A stretch of DNA of 63,985 nt from Rhynchobatus australiae (GCA_034780895.1 JAUZTB010000098.1:97198456-97262440), one strand, 5' to 3'; shown: positions 50,812 through 63,830, counted from the stretch's first letter. Translations and numbers: made by a program. Notes: a model not told the origin generated them from the sequence alone.

Positions 50812-50978
50812 AAATAAAACTGTGACCATTTACCTTATCTATGCCCCACATGATTTTATATACCTCTATAAGGGCACCTCTCAGCCTCCTTTGCTCTAGG
50901 GAATACAGCCCCAGCCCATCCAGTCTCTCCTTATAACTCAAGCCCTCCAGTCCCAGCAACGTCCTTGTGAATCTTTTC
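50812..50978 (-). mobile_element. CR1 LINE fragment about 70 nt downstream of the NEK11 exon
   Basis: Reads GLEGLSYKERLDGLGLYSLEQRRLRGALIEVYKIMWGIDKVN. Confidence 0.9.
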
Positions 50979-53889
50979 NNNNNNNNNNNNNNNNNNNNNN
51001 NNNNNNNNNNNNNNNNNNNNNNNNNNNNNNNNNNNNNNNNNNNNNNNNNNNNNNNNNNNNNNNNNNNNNNNNNNNNNNCTTTTCAGTGTTAGCTTGTATG
51101 GTTACATGTTGTTGTCTTAAATATGACAGTGTTTGGACTGGATCTAAAGTTTTCTATGATATTTTGGATTCCAGTAAATGGATGCACCATAGCCTTTGCT
51201 GTTCAGCTGATGTGCAATGCATAGAACATCTAGCCCAGTCCTTAGAAAAACTTAGAATTTAGGAAGTTACAAAATTTGTTGAGAGTATAGGAAGAAAATG
51301 TTTATTTTTGGCAACCAATCAAGGCTGTCTTGAGCAAAAATAACCTTCCTCTTACCTCTCTCCACTCAATGACATGTTGGATATTTCATTTATATTTTAC
51401 TGTATCACATCTATTTTGGTCATGGGATATGATACTCTAGAAGATCATTCTTATTTTAAAATGCATTTTATAATGATGCAGCATTGGGGGTGGGGGTTAC
51501 TGTTTGTTTGATTCAGATTACTGGAAACTGATTTCTTGCATTTGAGTTATACTGGGTGTTTAAGTACAATCATGTAAAGGACCCATTGCATGGTTTTTTG
51601 CACAGTAATTTATGCCTCCTCTGTCTCAGAAACCATCTTTACCTGTTGGATCAAAGGCCATAGCTCTTAGTTTTTAAGGTTTTTGCACGTTACTGGAGAT
51701 GATCCCATCAATATATACTTCCCAGGTATGTGGTTGCCAACTCCTCAACCATTTGACCACTTTGGGCTTGTACACTTCTAAAGGTGTGTGACAGAAATTT
51801 CCTCTTAAAAAAATCTATTAACAAAATATGATTCAAAAGGAATTAATTTGCATCTGCACCAACCACATTTGGTTCTTTTTCCCTACCTTAACAAATGGTG
51901 ATTGATTATGGTCTTTATTGTACTCCAATATGTATTTTTTTTAAAAAAAAGTCATATTAGTGTTGAATTCAATTACTTCTTAATGGAAAGAATGGTTCTC
52001 ATTTGACAAGTGCTACGATTTGATGTGATGCTGACAAGGGGGCATAAAAAAGATTTTTATTACTGAGATTGATTACTTAGATGCAAGTTAAGTGACTAGT
52101 TTTTTCAAAGTGAGAAGCAATTTCTTCAATTTGGTGTTGTAAATCCTTGGAATTTTCAACCCCCAGAAGCTGTGAATGCTCTCATGTTCAGGATTGAGCT
52201 ATGGAGGGAGAAAAGCAAGAAATAGTTACTGAATTGATATGAAACAGATAAAGCACAGGAATTAAGTTATAGGATAAGCCTTTATCTTATTGAATTGAGG
52301 AGCAGTCTCAGAGGGCTGAATGGTCTATGCCTGCTTCTATTTCTTATACTCTTGGATAAGGTTAAAATTCATTTGCAGACATCCAGCAAAAATGTTGTGC
52401 TTTGGGATGAGTAACATCTGCTGAATATACTGCTTTGATTCTCTTTGTATTCTTATGAGTTATTGTACTTCTCTACAATAGGGTAAACTTTCTTTTGAAT
52501 TGAAAATAGTTTTGCTTTTCGCACTAGCTCTGCAGTTTTCAATTACCACACAAAAATACGCAATTCTCATAGTAAATAAACGGAGAAAGTGTGAATGCAG
52601 CAATATCTATTTTATTCAAAGTGAAAATAATGCAAAGAGTCATGGAAAGCTATTTTCCCCACCATGTAATGAAAAAGTATTGCTGGTATGTCAGAATTGA
52701 TCTCCATCAGGAATCTCATCATGGCACTGTAGAGTGTCCCTGTTAATAGCTTCTGACTATGGCTAAACTTGTAGCACGTTGCTGTGATGGTCAGAGGCTA
52801 CAGTATATTTTATGAATAGACTTAAATGATTTGCCAATAATTAGGAGCTGTGAAGTTTGGATTGGAGGACCTGCAGGTCATTCAATGCCAACAATGAAAT
52901 ATATTTCCATCTCTTCTCGTGCTGAACCATATGTCATTTACACCTACACACTCAGTTATCATTGCTACCAGATGTGCTGAAGTCTGATTCAACTCCTCCA
53001 CATGGCCCTGAGTCAATCCCATTTTAAGTAGTTTTAAAATGGACTTTACATATGGTATTGGAACCAACTATGCTATTATTGTTGGAGTCAGCAGTTCAAA
53101 TTATTTCTTTGAATCTCGTACTTTTCTCATTTCCAAATTTCTATCCTTTTGTGGAACACGAATGTCCTTGGCAAGTTCGGCATTTATTGCCCATTTTGAA
53201 TTGTCCTTGAAGTGTGGCCAGCCTGGGTAAGGGTGGAAGATTCCTTTTGCTAAAAAAACACATTAATGAACTAGATCAAGTGTTATGACATTTTCATGGT
53301 CACCGGTAATGATGTTCTAATAAATTCAAAATGATCCAGATTTATATAATTAACTGAATATAAACTCACCAGCTGCTGTTTTGGGATTTAAACTTGTGTC
53401 ACCTGATTATTAGTCCAATAATATAATCATTAGGCGAAATATTTATAATGAACCTCTCAGGCTTTTTTCATTGAAGTTAATCAGAAAGATTGAGATTTCA
53501 TGGGGTGTTAACATTTGCTTTGCTGTTAAAGATAATTGTTCACTGACTGAGTGAATCTATATATAGAACTGAATTTTTTATATGGGTGAATGTTATTTAT
53601 TGTGTGTAACTCATCATTAAAGATTATCTATTGTGTATTGGGTTTTGCTATTTTGTACAGGTTGCGCAGTGAAGAAGAAATTCTAATGTGAATGGACTTA
53701 AAATATTCATATCAATCACTTTAAAATGACTGTTCAATTTGATAAAATCTGCACTGGAAAAACACTGGAGATACTTTGAACCTCTTTGAATTAAGGCAAG
53801 GAACCTGAAATGTAACATTGAAAAAAAACAGGGCCCAAAATTTGAATTTTTAAAAAATTATTTAGGAAAGGAATATTTTTATGCAGAAC

Positions 53890-54220
53890 TTTTCAGTCAT
53901 TCAAGGCAGCACAAGGTGCTTTACAGCCAATTATTTTTGTCACTTGTCCTGGAAGAAACATGCCAACCAATTTGATCACAGCAGGCTCCCACAGTTGCAA
54001 CATGATAAACCAGATGGTCAATTTCCTTTTGATTGAGGGATAAATATTGACTAACACTGGCTGTCGTTCCTCATCTCTTCTTTGAAGCAATGCTTCCAAC
54101 TTCCAATGCAGATGGGATCCAATTTTTAATCTAAAAGGCAGCATCACTGACTGTACAGTGCTCTTTCAATTGTGCTTTGGTTTTTGCAGTACAGCCACAA
54201 CTTTCTATTCCACAGAACCA
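53890..54220 (-). mobile_element. Deu-domain SINE
   Basis: gctttacagccaat...ccaatttgatcacagcaggctcccaca...ttgagggataaatattg...aaaggcagcatcactgac. Confidence 0.7.
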
Positions 54221-54527
54221 GTCTTAACAATGCATTTATTTATTTATCTAATCCTTGGAGAAGTGGAATAGGAGGGTACTCATTCAATCCCTTGAGCATC
54301 TTCCACCATTCATTTGGATCTTGTGAGACACCTTGAAATGTTCTCCTCTGTGAAAAGTGCTCCATAAATGCAAATAGCTGTTATCAGTTAACCTGCATTC
54401 AATCCCTAATCCCTTGACACATGCAAATACAAAGCAATGCAAAACTTTTATATTCTAGGGAGAAAATTACATCCTTATTCCTTGTATTGAAATGCTTACC
54501 TATATTTTGAAGTTTTGCACTTTATAA

Positions 54528-54708
54528 GTTAAGAAGGCCTTTGGGATGCTAGCTTTCACAGTTAAGAAGTCCTATGGGATGCTAGCTTTCACAGTTAAGA
54601 AGGCCTATGGGATGCTAGCTTTCATAAATCTTGGGATTGAGTTTAAGAGCCGCGAAGTGATGATGCAGCTTTACAAAACTCTAGTTAGACCACACTTAGA
54701 GTACTGTG
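54528..54708 (+). mobile_element. CR1 LINE fragment whose 5' end is a triplicated 33-bp unit
   Basis: Three VKK(A/S)(F/Y)GMLAF units, then [28 protein letters not shown]. Confidence 0.9.
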
Positions 54709-55400
54709 NNNNNNNNNNNNNNNNNNNNNNNNNNNNNNNNNNNNNNNNNNNNNNNNNNNNNNNNNNNNNNNNNNNNNNNNNNNNNNNNNNNNNNNNNNNN
54801 NNNNNNNNNNNNNNNNNNNNNNNNNNNNNNNNNNNNNNNNNNNNNNNNNNNNNNNNNNNNNNNNNNNNNNNNNNNNNNNNNNNNNNNNNNNNNNNNNNNN
54901 NNNNNNNNNNNNNNNNNNNNNNNNNNNNNNNNNNNNNNNNNNNNNNNNNNNNNNNNNNNNNNNNNNNNNNNNNNNNNNNNNNNNNNNNNNNNNNNNNNNN
55001 NNNNNNNNNNNNNNNNNNNNNNNNNNNNNNNNNNNNNNNNNNNNNNNNNNNNNNNNNNNNNNNNNNNNNNNNNNNNNNNNNNNNNNNNNNNNNNNNNNNN
55101 NNNNNNNNNNNNNNNNNNNNNNNNNNNNNNNNNNNNNNNNNNNNNNNNNNNNNNNNNNNNNNNNNNNNNNNNNNNNNNNNNNNNNNNNNNNNNNNNNNNN
55201 NNNNNNNNNNNNNNNNNNNNNNNNNNNNNNNNNNNNNNNNNNNNNNNNNNNNNNNNNNNNNNNNNNNNNNNNNNNNNNNNNNNNNNNNNNNNNNNNNNNN
55301 NNNNNNNNNNNNNNNNNNNNNNNNNNNNNNNNNNNNNNNNNNNNNNNNNNNNNNNNNNNNNNNNNNNNNNNNNNNNNNNNNNNNNNNNNNNNNNNNNNNN

Positions 55401-55512
55401 CGCCACACTTCCAGCACCAACATAGCATGCCCACAACTTCCTAACCCGTATGTCTTTGGAATGTGGTAGGAAACTGAGCACCCAGAGGAAACCCACGCAG
55501 ACACAGGGAGAA
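55401..55512 (-). mobile_element. V-SINE fragment
   Basis: Nearly identical to 24780-24890. Confidence 0.85.
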
Positions 55513-56244
55513 TACCCTTTTGGTTCATTAGTGTCTATTAACTTCCAGTTGAAAATTAACAATTGACGCAATCTAGATTGTTGCTTGTGGAAGAGTGTTT
55601 CATACATCTACTACCACTGCATATAAAAATGTTTCATATTATAATCCTGAAATGGCTGGGTCTTATTTTTAGAGTGTGCTCTGGATGATTTCTCCCTGTA
55701 ACTTAACTCTTAGGGTCCAAGTACAATATTTGTAAATCTGCACTGCCTTCTAAGTGCTCATTCGTAGCTTCAGCCATCCATCACACTGAATGGCATCTGC
55801 AAACCTGGATATTGAATTCTCTGCTTCTGCAGCTGCGTATGGTGAGAAGCTGGAGAAATGTCATCTGCCACATTCTGAAAATCTGAAGATGAACTCATTA
55901 TCCCTGCCAACCTGTTACTGACCCCTGTTATAGGTTCTCTCCAATCCTATGTTCTGAGATTTACTATTGATCTCTTGTGAGGAATCTTGTCAGACGTCAG
56001 CTTTGTGCCTAGTAGACACTTCAGATAATTCAGTCAGACTAGTCAGAAATGACCTACATTTCAGGAATATGAGCTGATTCTCTTCAGGCAGCAGATATCT
56101 GTTAAATTATTTAAACTCTGGTATTTACTGGGATGAGATTTCCAAGTGAGAAAAAAGAAAGCCGTGGATTTTAATTTCTTAATGTCCCGTAATATTTTAG
56201 AGCCAAACATTTTTTTGAAATGTAGTTACTGTTCTAAACCATGG

Positions 56245-56750
56245 TGTCAGTATAACTCTTCATCCCACTCCCACTCTGACTTATCTGTAGGTTCCTACAC
56301 TATTCTAATGAGACCCACGTAAACTTAAAGATCAGCACCATGTGTTTCCTCTGGTCTTCCAGATTTAATTTCAAATTGAACAACTGCAAGTAACTTGCTT
56401 TCTCTGTTCGTATCAGAGCTAGCTAGTTTTGTTGTTGGTTATCTATCTGCAATACTAACTCAGTTTGCCTCTCTCCACTGACGCTGTTTATTATGCTGGG
56501 TGTTTCCTATTGCTCTGACCTACACTTCACAGCTTTTTGACATCCCTTTTTGTTTTTTTCTCTAACTATCCTCATTAATCTATCTGTCCCTCTGCTACCC
56601 TCTCGGCAACTTAAAACTAACTTATTTTCTCTTTCCCAGTTCTGACAAAGGGCCTTTGACCTGTAACATAAACTCCTTTTCCACAGTTTCCTTTTCCACA
56701 GATGCTGCTTGACCTGCTGAATTTTTCCAGCATCTTTTTGTTTTATTACC
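56245..56750 (+). mobile_element. Penelope-like element 3' end: GIY-YIG endonuclease C-terminal remnant plus terminal repeat
   Basis: CQYNSSSHSHSDLSV and LHYSNETH..KLKDQHHVFPL resemble HFNS.SHSHSDLSV.GLLHC..EA.RKLEEQHLIFRLG; followed by tctgacaaagggcctttgacctg and cacagatgctgcttgacctgctga. Confidence 0.65.
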
Positions 56751-57572
56751 TTTTTGGAACGTGAGAAGTACAGCGGCCAAGTTGAACACAGTAGACTCAA
56801 AAACAGTAGCATGAGATTATCCAAATGATCTTATTTTACTAAATTTGTTTGAAGGATAGAAGTCCCAGGATACCTGGGAGAACTCTCCCTGTTTTTTATG
56901 TGACTTGTGGTGAAGCACATTTTCGATGAGGTTGAAATCATTCAATTCTGGAAATCTGGATAAGGATACTGAAACTGATAATAGTGAAGATCTGAAAGAG
57001 AAAAGATGAGCTTGCGTTTTGAGTGGTCAGCAGTTATGATGAAGATTTATGCCAGAAGTGCTAATCTTTACTATCAGTTACTGTTTTTACTTGGTGGTAA
57101 AGATGCACGATGTGGACGTGCTTCATTTCAGAAGCCTATTTATCTACCACCTTCTGTCTGTCACAGTGGCTCCTCCACTTGGTCACAAGACATTGATCAT
57201 TGGTGATTCTTGTCTCCACAACCACCCCATCCCAGTTAGAAGTTAAATTAATGAAATTCATCCCACATTATCTTTACAGTTCTTTCTCTAACTACACTAC
57301 ACATTTTTCACATTTGTCTATGAGTGCTTGTGAAGACAGAAGTGCTTCTGTGTCCTGTGAGATTTCTTTCACAGAGCAAACTGCCATTATTTGGCATGTT
57401 ATCCTTTCATTTTAGCTCATAATTATAACAGTGAAGTGCCTCATTCATGTAAGTCAGGCAGTTATTAGTCATACAGATGGCTGGTATTTGAACTATCCAG
57501 ACATCTGGTATCACATGTTGGTGTAATGCTGTCAGTCTAATTGTACTTTGAAATACATTTCTGCAGTAAATT

Positions 57573-57850
57573 GCACTGTAGTGTAGCGGTTAGCATAAGC
57601 TATTACAGCGTCAGCGAACAGGATTCAATTCCAGCTGCTGTCTGTAAGGAGTTTGTACGTTCTCCCCTTGTCTGCATGGGTTTCCTCTGGGTGCTCCGGT
57701 TTCCTCCCATGTTCCAAAGACATACGGGTTAAGAAGCTGTGGGCATGCTATGTTGGCGCCGGAAGCGTGGCGACACTTGCGGGCTGCCCCCTAAAGATGC
57801 ATTTCACTGTGTCTTTCGATGTACATGTGACTAATAAAGTTATCCTATCT
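57573..57850 (+). mobile_element. V-SINE, full length
   Basis: Head tagtgtagcggttagc...ggattcaattcc, V-domain, and tail gcatttcactgtgtctttcgatgtacatgtgactaataaag. Confidence 0.9.
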
Positions 57851-59169
57851 ATTGTGTAATCGATGTGGCTGTTATTGCTCAGTGAGAGTCTGTACCAAGG
57901 ATTTAAAAAAAACTTTTCTGAGCTGAAGGCAAACCTAATAGTCAAACTTACCAACTTGAACTTTGCAGAGGAGCAGGGAATATCTTTGAAATTTGGTTTG
58001 TGACATAAGCGTTGATCCGCTGGATTCTGAAACAGAATTACCCGTGCTTAATGCAATTAAGTGGGAATAAGTTATTTAAAAATAAATTACTCAAAAGTTT
58101 TGCATTTCTACTAGCTATGCCAAATTTCTTTCCTCTGATGAATTATTAGTGAGCAATATTCCATGAATACCAAAAGGCTAAGTAATGTCTAATATATTGC
58201 AACAATATAAAATATATTTCCAGGCTATAGATCTTAAATTGGGTGATAAAGTACATGAGATTATTAAGTTCAAAACATTCCAGAAGTTGCTTTCCCCCAT
58301 CACGACACAAGTAGTTCTTCTGCTATACTTTCTCCATTCCAACAACCCCTGCAGTCACCTCGGACCTTACACGTTTCTGGAATCTGACGATGCCAGAAAT
58401 TGATTTGGACTTAAACGGACAAGGCAAATGGCCTTAAATCTAGATGAGAAACAAATGGCCAAGGAACTTGTCCTTGGATCAGTAGTGCTAAACAATAGAG
58501 CATTGACTGTGCCTGATACTCAAGCAATTGATGTTACTTGAGGTGAATTTCAGAAGTGTGAAAGGTGCAGGAGGCTATAGATTTCATGTCTAGCACTATT
58601 AATTTGAGGGTGTAAGCAATTAAATACTAAACTGGAAATATTGAGACACATCCTGAGAAATTGATCATATTATCACTCTTTGTATGCACACACCACGCAT
58701 GAATTCATGCCATACATGCCCTTTTATAGGATAGTGTAAAACATCTATAGAAAGTACACCTATAATGAACTCAGCTCCAGTAGTTCCAGGCACTGTTCAT
58801 CCTTGTGCAGAAAATAATTTCTGGTCATGACTGCATAGCTAATGAACCATCAATATTTTTCCCTGTTCATGTCATAAGTTACACCCCAAAAACCCAATTA
58901 ATGATTCATTCACAGTTTAACTGTGAGCACATCTTCTTTCATTATTTTAAGGCAGACTGATCGATTTACCTTCAGAAATCAGGTGAAGGTTACTCTAACA
59001 CCATCTAAAGCCCTTGACCCTGCTGAAACCCACAGTGAGTGGTGTTTGTTGCACATCAGTTGAAATGTGCATTTAATTGGGGTTTCAGAAGTCACACCAG
59101 TAGGTGCTATCTACTACTGGAGGAATCAAAATGGTGAAGACAGGCCACATGAGATGGGTCAGTGTATTT

Positions 59170-59940
59170 GCCCCAGGTGTCACATGCCCATGAAACAATA
59201 CCCTATATCTTCGCAGGCTTGGGTTTTCAAACCAGTTATCATAGGGAAATGTGACCTCCTCAAGAAGGTCCTGGTGCCCGAACTGCTTTCTCCATCAGTG
59301 TCAAGGTCACCTTGTCTGTCAATTTCCTTGTCACAAGATCATATCAAATGGGTGCAGCCGACCTTTGCCATGGTCTCCATGTTGGTGCTCACTGCTGCAT
59401 CAGAAAGGTCACGTGGGCATTCTACCCTTGGGCAGAAGGAAATTACCAAACTTTGCTTTCAGCAAGGAAAAGGCCACATTTCAGGCAGTGGGATATGCAA
59501 AAAATTCCTGTCTTCCCCTAACATCTGGCAACTGATGACTACACTCGTTACCGTTAGAGCTCCACACAAGAACCCAACCTTTCGATCAGTGGATAGGGCT
59601 CCCACCTGATCAACGTACAGTTTGGAGTGTATCATCAGAATCTGTTCCTCGCCATCATTGTAATGCAAGCTCTTTGCCGTCCTCAGAGGTCGCTGCTGCT
59701 TGGAGGGATGGACCGGGAGAACAAGGATTACCCTCTCCTTCCCTCACCCCATGGTGATTCCCTTTCACTGCTGCAGAGCACTGTTGTAATGAAAGCCACA
59801 CAAGTACAGAGACACTGTGGAGAAGGCTGTAGGTATTGTCAAGGTGTGATTCAGATGTCTCCATCAGTCTGGGGTGCCCTCCTGTATGATCCCAGCAGGT
59901 GCACAGATTTTCTTATAGTCTGCTGCATGGTCTAATGTTA
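59170..59940 (+). pseudogene. PIF/Harbinger DDE transposase (HARBI1-like) pseudogene
   Basis: Ordered motifs across frameshifts: SVKVTLSVNFLVTRSYQMGAADLC...AHCCIRKVT; PNIWQLMTTLVTVRAP (cf. GAIDCTHVAIRAP); GSHLINVQFGVYH (cf. KGFHSINVQLVCDH); NKDYPL (cf. DKGYPL); NESHTST; VEKAVGIVKV*FRCLHQSG.ALLYDP...IVCCM. Confidence 0.88.
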
Positions 59941-61389
59941 CAAGGTAGCAGCACGTCCCAGAGTAAGAGCCCTGGAGCCTGAAGAGCCACTGGGAGAGGA
60001 GCTTGTGGAAAAGTAGGCACAAGAGAAGGGATCCTCAGATAGAGACCTGCTCCATCATCTACCAGGAGTAGAAAGGAAGGAAGCATCACAGCAGGAGANN
60101 NNNNNNNNNNNNNNNNNNNNNNNNNNNNNNNNNNNNNNNNNNNNNNNNNNNNNNNNNNNNNNNNNNNNNNNNNNNNNNNNNNNNNNNNNNNNNNNNNNAG
60201 GAGAGGAGGGACTCCCTTCTCAGACCAGGTGACAGATCACACAAAGCAGTACCACAAACAATATTCAACACAGAGCCGCTAACTCATAGAATAATAATGT
60301 TCATCTTCTCATTTTCTTCCTTCCTGGTGTGCATCCACTGCTCAGTTGACATCAAGACAGGGATGTAGTACCTTTCGTCACGATGGTCTCCTGCTGATTA
60401 TGTGTTAGCTATAGGCTGGAATCTATGAAATAGAGTAATGCCTTTCAGAACCAAAGGTGCTCTCCTCTCTTTCTCTGTGCAGGTAAAATCACTGTTTCAA
60501 GTTTTGCTCCCTTTAAACTGCTGATCAACATAATTGAGAGCACTGTACGCAACAACAATGTAATCTGATTGGCATTCAAAGGTTATGGAGATTCTTAGTC
60601 ATTTCCAGCCACTCAAGTCTCCCTTCAATAACAATTTTATGGGATTTCAGTTGAGGGTCACCTTGATATACAGCATAAATAGATAACCTCACAGTGAGTG
60701 TGGGCTGGTGCTACAGTAAATGTGTACAATTGCTGATTCTACTTAATTTTGCTGTGTGAAACAGAGATTCATCTGATGAATGTACTGTGCCTCTTCCTGC
60801 ACACTCCATCACTTAACACTGCTTCTCTCTCACTTCAACATGTCCTTTCAATTCCCCACTCCAACCCCAAGACCAGAGTCCAGAGTAGAAGAGGCACTTT
60901 GCAGAAGAAATTGGAATTCCATAGACAGCCTCTCACTTTCTGACAACAGTTCCTGCCCCAGAAGTGGCTATGAAAACACGAGTGAGTGTAGTAGAAGTAG
61001 GGAAGGAACATCAGGAAGAGGGACATAACCTGTTATTGGAGGTCAGATTCAATTACTCACAGACCAGAATGTGCAGACAACTTTCACAGTGAGAAGAGCC
61101 ACTGCCATTCATCTTTAATCCTCAGTGGGAAGGCATCATTCAGATGAAGAGTAGTTTGGTGCCATCATGTGGCACACACCCATTTCACAAACTTCCTAGT
61201 TGAGGTGCAGCAGCTAATGTGACTCTACCAACACAAGTCCTGATGTTGTCCGTTATACCCAACTGAAACAAAAAAAATAACTGTGCTGTTTGTATATGGC
61301 AGTGTTTTAACAGAAATTTATAACAAAGCCAATGAATTGAAAAAAGAAAATATATGTGTTTTATGATAAACACCCGAGTGCCCCTTTTC

Positions 61390-62056
61390 TTACAGCGAAT
61401 AAAGGTAGATAAATCCCCTGGGCCAGATAAGATATTTCCTCGGACATTGTGGGAGACTAGTGTAGAAATTGCAGGGGCCCTGGCAGATATATTTAAAATG
61501 TTCTTAGCCACGGGTGTGGTGTCGGAGAACTGGAGGGTAGCTCATGTTGTTCCGTTGTTTAAGAAAGGCTCTAAAAGTAGACCAGGTAATTACAGGCCGG
61601 TGAGCCTGACATCAGTAGTGGGTAAATTATTGGAAGGTGTTCTGAAAGATCGGATGTACAAGTATTTGGACAACCAAGTGCTGATTAAGGATAGTCAGCA
61701 TGCCTTTGTGCGTGGTAGATCATGTTTAATAAATCTTGTAGAGTTTTTCGAGGAGGTTACCAAGAAAGTAGATGAAGGAAAGGCTGTGGATGTTGTCTAC
61801 ATAGACTTTAGTAAGGCCTTTGACAAGGTCCCACATGGGAGGTTAGTTCAGAAGGTTCAGACACTAGGTATCCATGGAGANNNNNNNNNNNNNNNNNNNN
61901 NNNNNNNNNNNNNNNNNNNNNNNNNNNNNNNNNNNNNNNNNNNNNNNNNNNNNNNNNNNNNNNNNNNNNNNNNNNNNNNNTGGGACTAGTGGAATAAAGT
62001 TTCAGCACAGACTAGAAGGGCCGAATGGCCTGTTTTCTGTGCTGTAGTGTTCTATA
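61390..62056 (+). mobile_element. Young CR1 LINE; the internal N gap probably hides most of the RT 3' half
   Basis: Uninterrupted IKVDKSPGPDKIFPRTL...WRVAHVVPLFKKG...GNYRPVSLTSVVGKLLE...DFSKAFDKVPHGRL; 3' end agggccgaatggcctgtt. Confidence 0.95.
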
Positions 62057-62089
62057 GGTCTGTGGTTTTATCTGTGGATTTATGGTTCT

Positions 62090-63190
62090 TATCATCATGC
62101 CACGGTTGGCCTCTGGAGGGCTGTTTCCAATCAATTGGTCTGTGAACAGATGGCCTTGAAGTTCCTTGAGAAGCTCTTGTGCTGGAGGGGTTGGCTTCAG
62201 TTCTTTGCCTACAGCCAACTGAATGAGCACCTGCCGACCTTTCTGGTGACTGGATAGATAACGTCATCTGACCAACGAACTACTGCACCAGCCCACCACT
62301 GCATCCACCTCCAAACATATTGTTGTAGATCAAAATTTAAATCCAGGCATGCAAAATGTGGAGCTGCTGCTTGCTATCTTCATTTCTTTTTTTGGAGGCC
62401 ACCATTCTGTGCAGTGAGATGGTGATTCTGCTCACAATAAAGAGGTGGAGGGTGCATGGTGTTGACTTCTGCACCTGAGGAGGTTCCCACAAATATCATA
62501 CCTGTTCTCCTGTAGAGAGCAATCTACGCACACGTGGCTTTCCTCTCCCCATGCAGCAGAGCAGTCTGCTGAGCCCCGGCATCACTCAGTTCGAGCAGAA
62601 CCCCAGGCTGCTCACGTGCAGCATCCCGTTGCTCCTGGAAAATGGAAGGGCTGCTAACGGCTCGCACCCCTCTGCCCAGTGAAAACCACCGTCTGCTCTC
62701 GAATGGCATTCATATGTGAACAGTGACCTGTTGGCAAGTGGCATGTCTCTGTCCCTTGTTGCTGTTCGGTTAGAACATGAAGACGCACTCATGTGGCAGA
62801 GATCACTTGCCCAGCTGGGTCGGGTCAGAACTGCGTGGGTGCATTCAGACTTTGTCCATCCTCTGCTGCAGCTGACACCTGCTCCATTTAAGCTCTGCAT
62901 GACTCCGAGCCCTTGCCAGGAAATGCTGCTGGCCTCGAGAGAGATGCCCACAGTTCCATGTACCCTGCTGTGAGAGTAAAGAGATGGACTCCTCCTGCTC
63001 CTTAACATCTCCTGCAGTAGGTCTGGCAGTGCACCCACCAATTCTGTGGGCATCCTCATCAGCTGGGTCAGGAAGACACCCCAGTTGTGGCTCTTGCCTG
63101 ATTCCCGTGGGGTAGTGCAGGTGCCTGGCACCCTTGCTGTCAAGCCTTGCATTTGACTCTTTTTCCTGCCAAACTGCAGCCTACTGGTCA
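62090..63190 (-). pseudogene. Probable remnant of the Harbinger second (Myb/SANT-partner) ORF
   Basis: GC-rich. QLMRMPTELVGALPDLLQEMLRS and ANPSSTRASQGTSRPSV resemble recalled elasmobranch Harbinger accessory proteins, and the segment is convergent with the transposase. The Myb domain itself is not seen. Confidence 0.45.
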
Positions 63191-63639
63191 AAAAGCAAAT
63201 GTTGGAAATCTGAAGTAAAGACAGAAAATGCCCCCTCAAAGCTGCAGTTCTGACACATGTAAAGGCTGGTACCTGAAATTGATGNNNNNNNNNNATTGTC
63301 ATCAGACTTCTGAGAAGTTGATGCTGTTGTGGTTTAGCAAACATGCAAAGACTGAATGTCACTCTTGAGACCCTTCTCTCAGCAATGCACTGAGATATCA
63401 GCTTAATTTTTTGTGCTTGTGTTTCTGGAGTGGAATTAGAACTGATAATCTTTTTGATCATAAGGCACTGAACCTTAGATTCTTGAAAATACCATTAGAG
63501 TTTCCCTTTACAAATATTTAGACAGAGAATGTGCTATAAGGGACCTTAATACGGTATGGAAATTTGATCAGATATTTGAAGAAGTTACCAGCTGAGGAGA
63601 GGAGGATAGTCTGATAAAAATTGGCTTGGATTTGAGATC

Positions 63640-63830
63640 AGCAGCAATGTGATGGTAGAGGAAGTAGGTGAGGCAGTTGCAGTAACAACATTGGAAAAGA
63701 CATTTGAAGAGGTAGATGGATAGGAAGAGTTTAGAGGGATATGGCCCAAATGCGGGAAAGAGGGCATCTTGGTCAGCATGGACAAGATGGGCAGAAAGGC
63801 CTTTTTATATGCTGTATGACTCTATGACCC
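63640..63830 (+). mobile_element. CR1 LINE 3' UTR fragment
   Basis: atggataggaagagtttagagggatatggcccaaatgcggg...gggcagaaaggcct...gctgtatgactctatgac. Confidence 0.85.

Noticed and set aside
53641-53680. Acceptor-like ttttgtacag|G as the next NEK11 exon
   Set aside because: The required phase-0 frame reads GTT GCG CAG TGA (stop) and shows no kinase similarity.
20882-55607. Long ORFs of 150-350 aa spanning N runs (e.g. 32058-33160, 44508-45352, 46660-47708, 54546-55607)
   Set aside because: They consist almost entirely of X residues from assembly gaps.
62586-63461. 291-aa minus-strand ORF as a host gene
   Set aside because: It runs through a SINE remnant, an N gap and a terminal-repeat fragment before the transposon-like part, so it is a chimeric reading frame.
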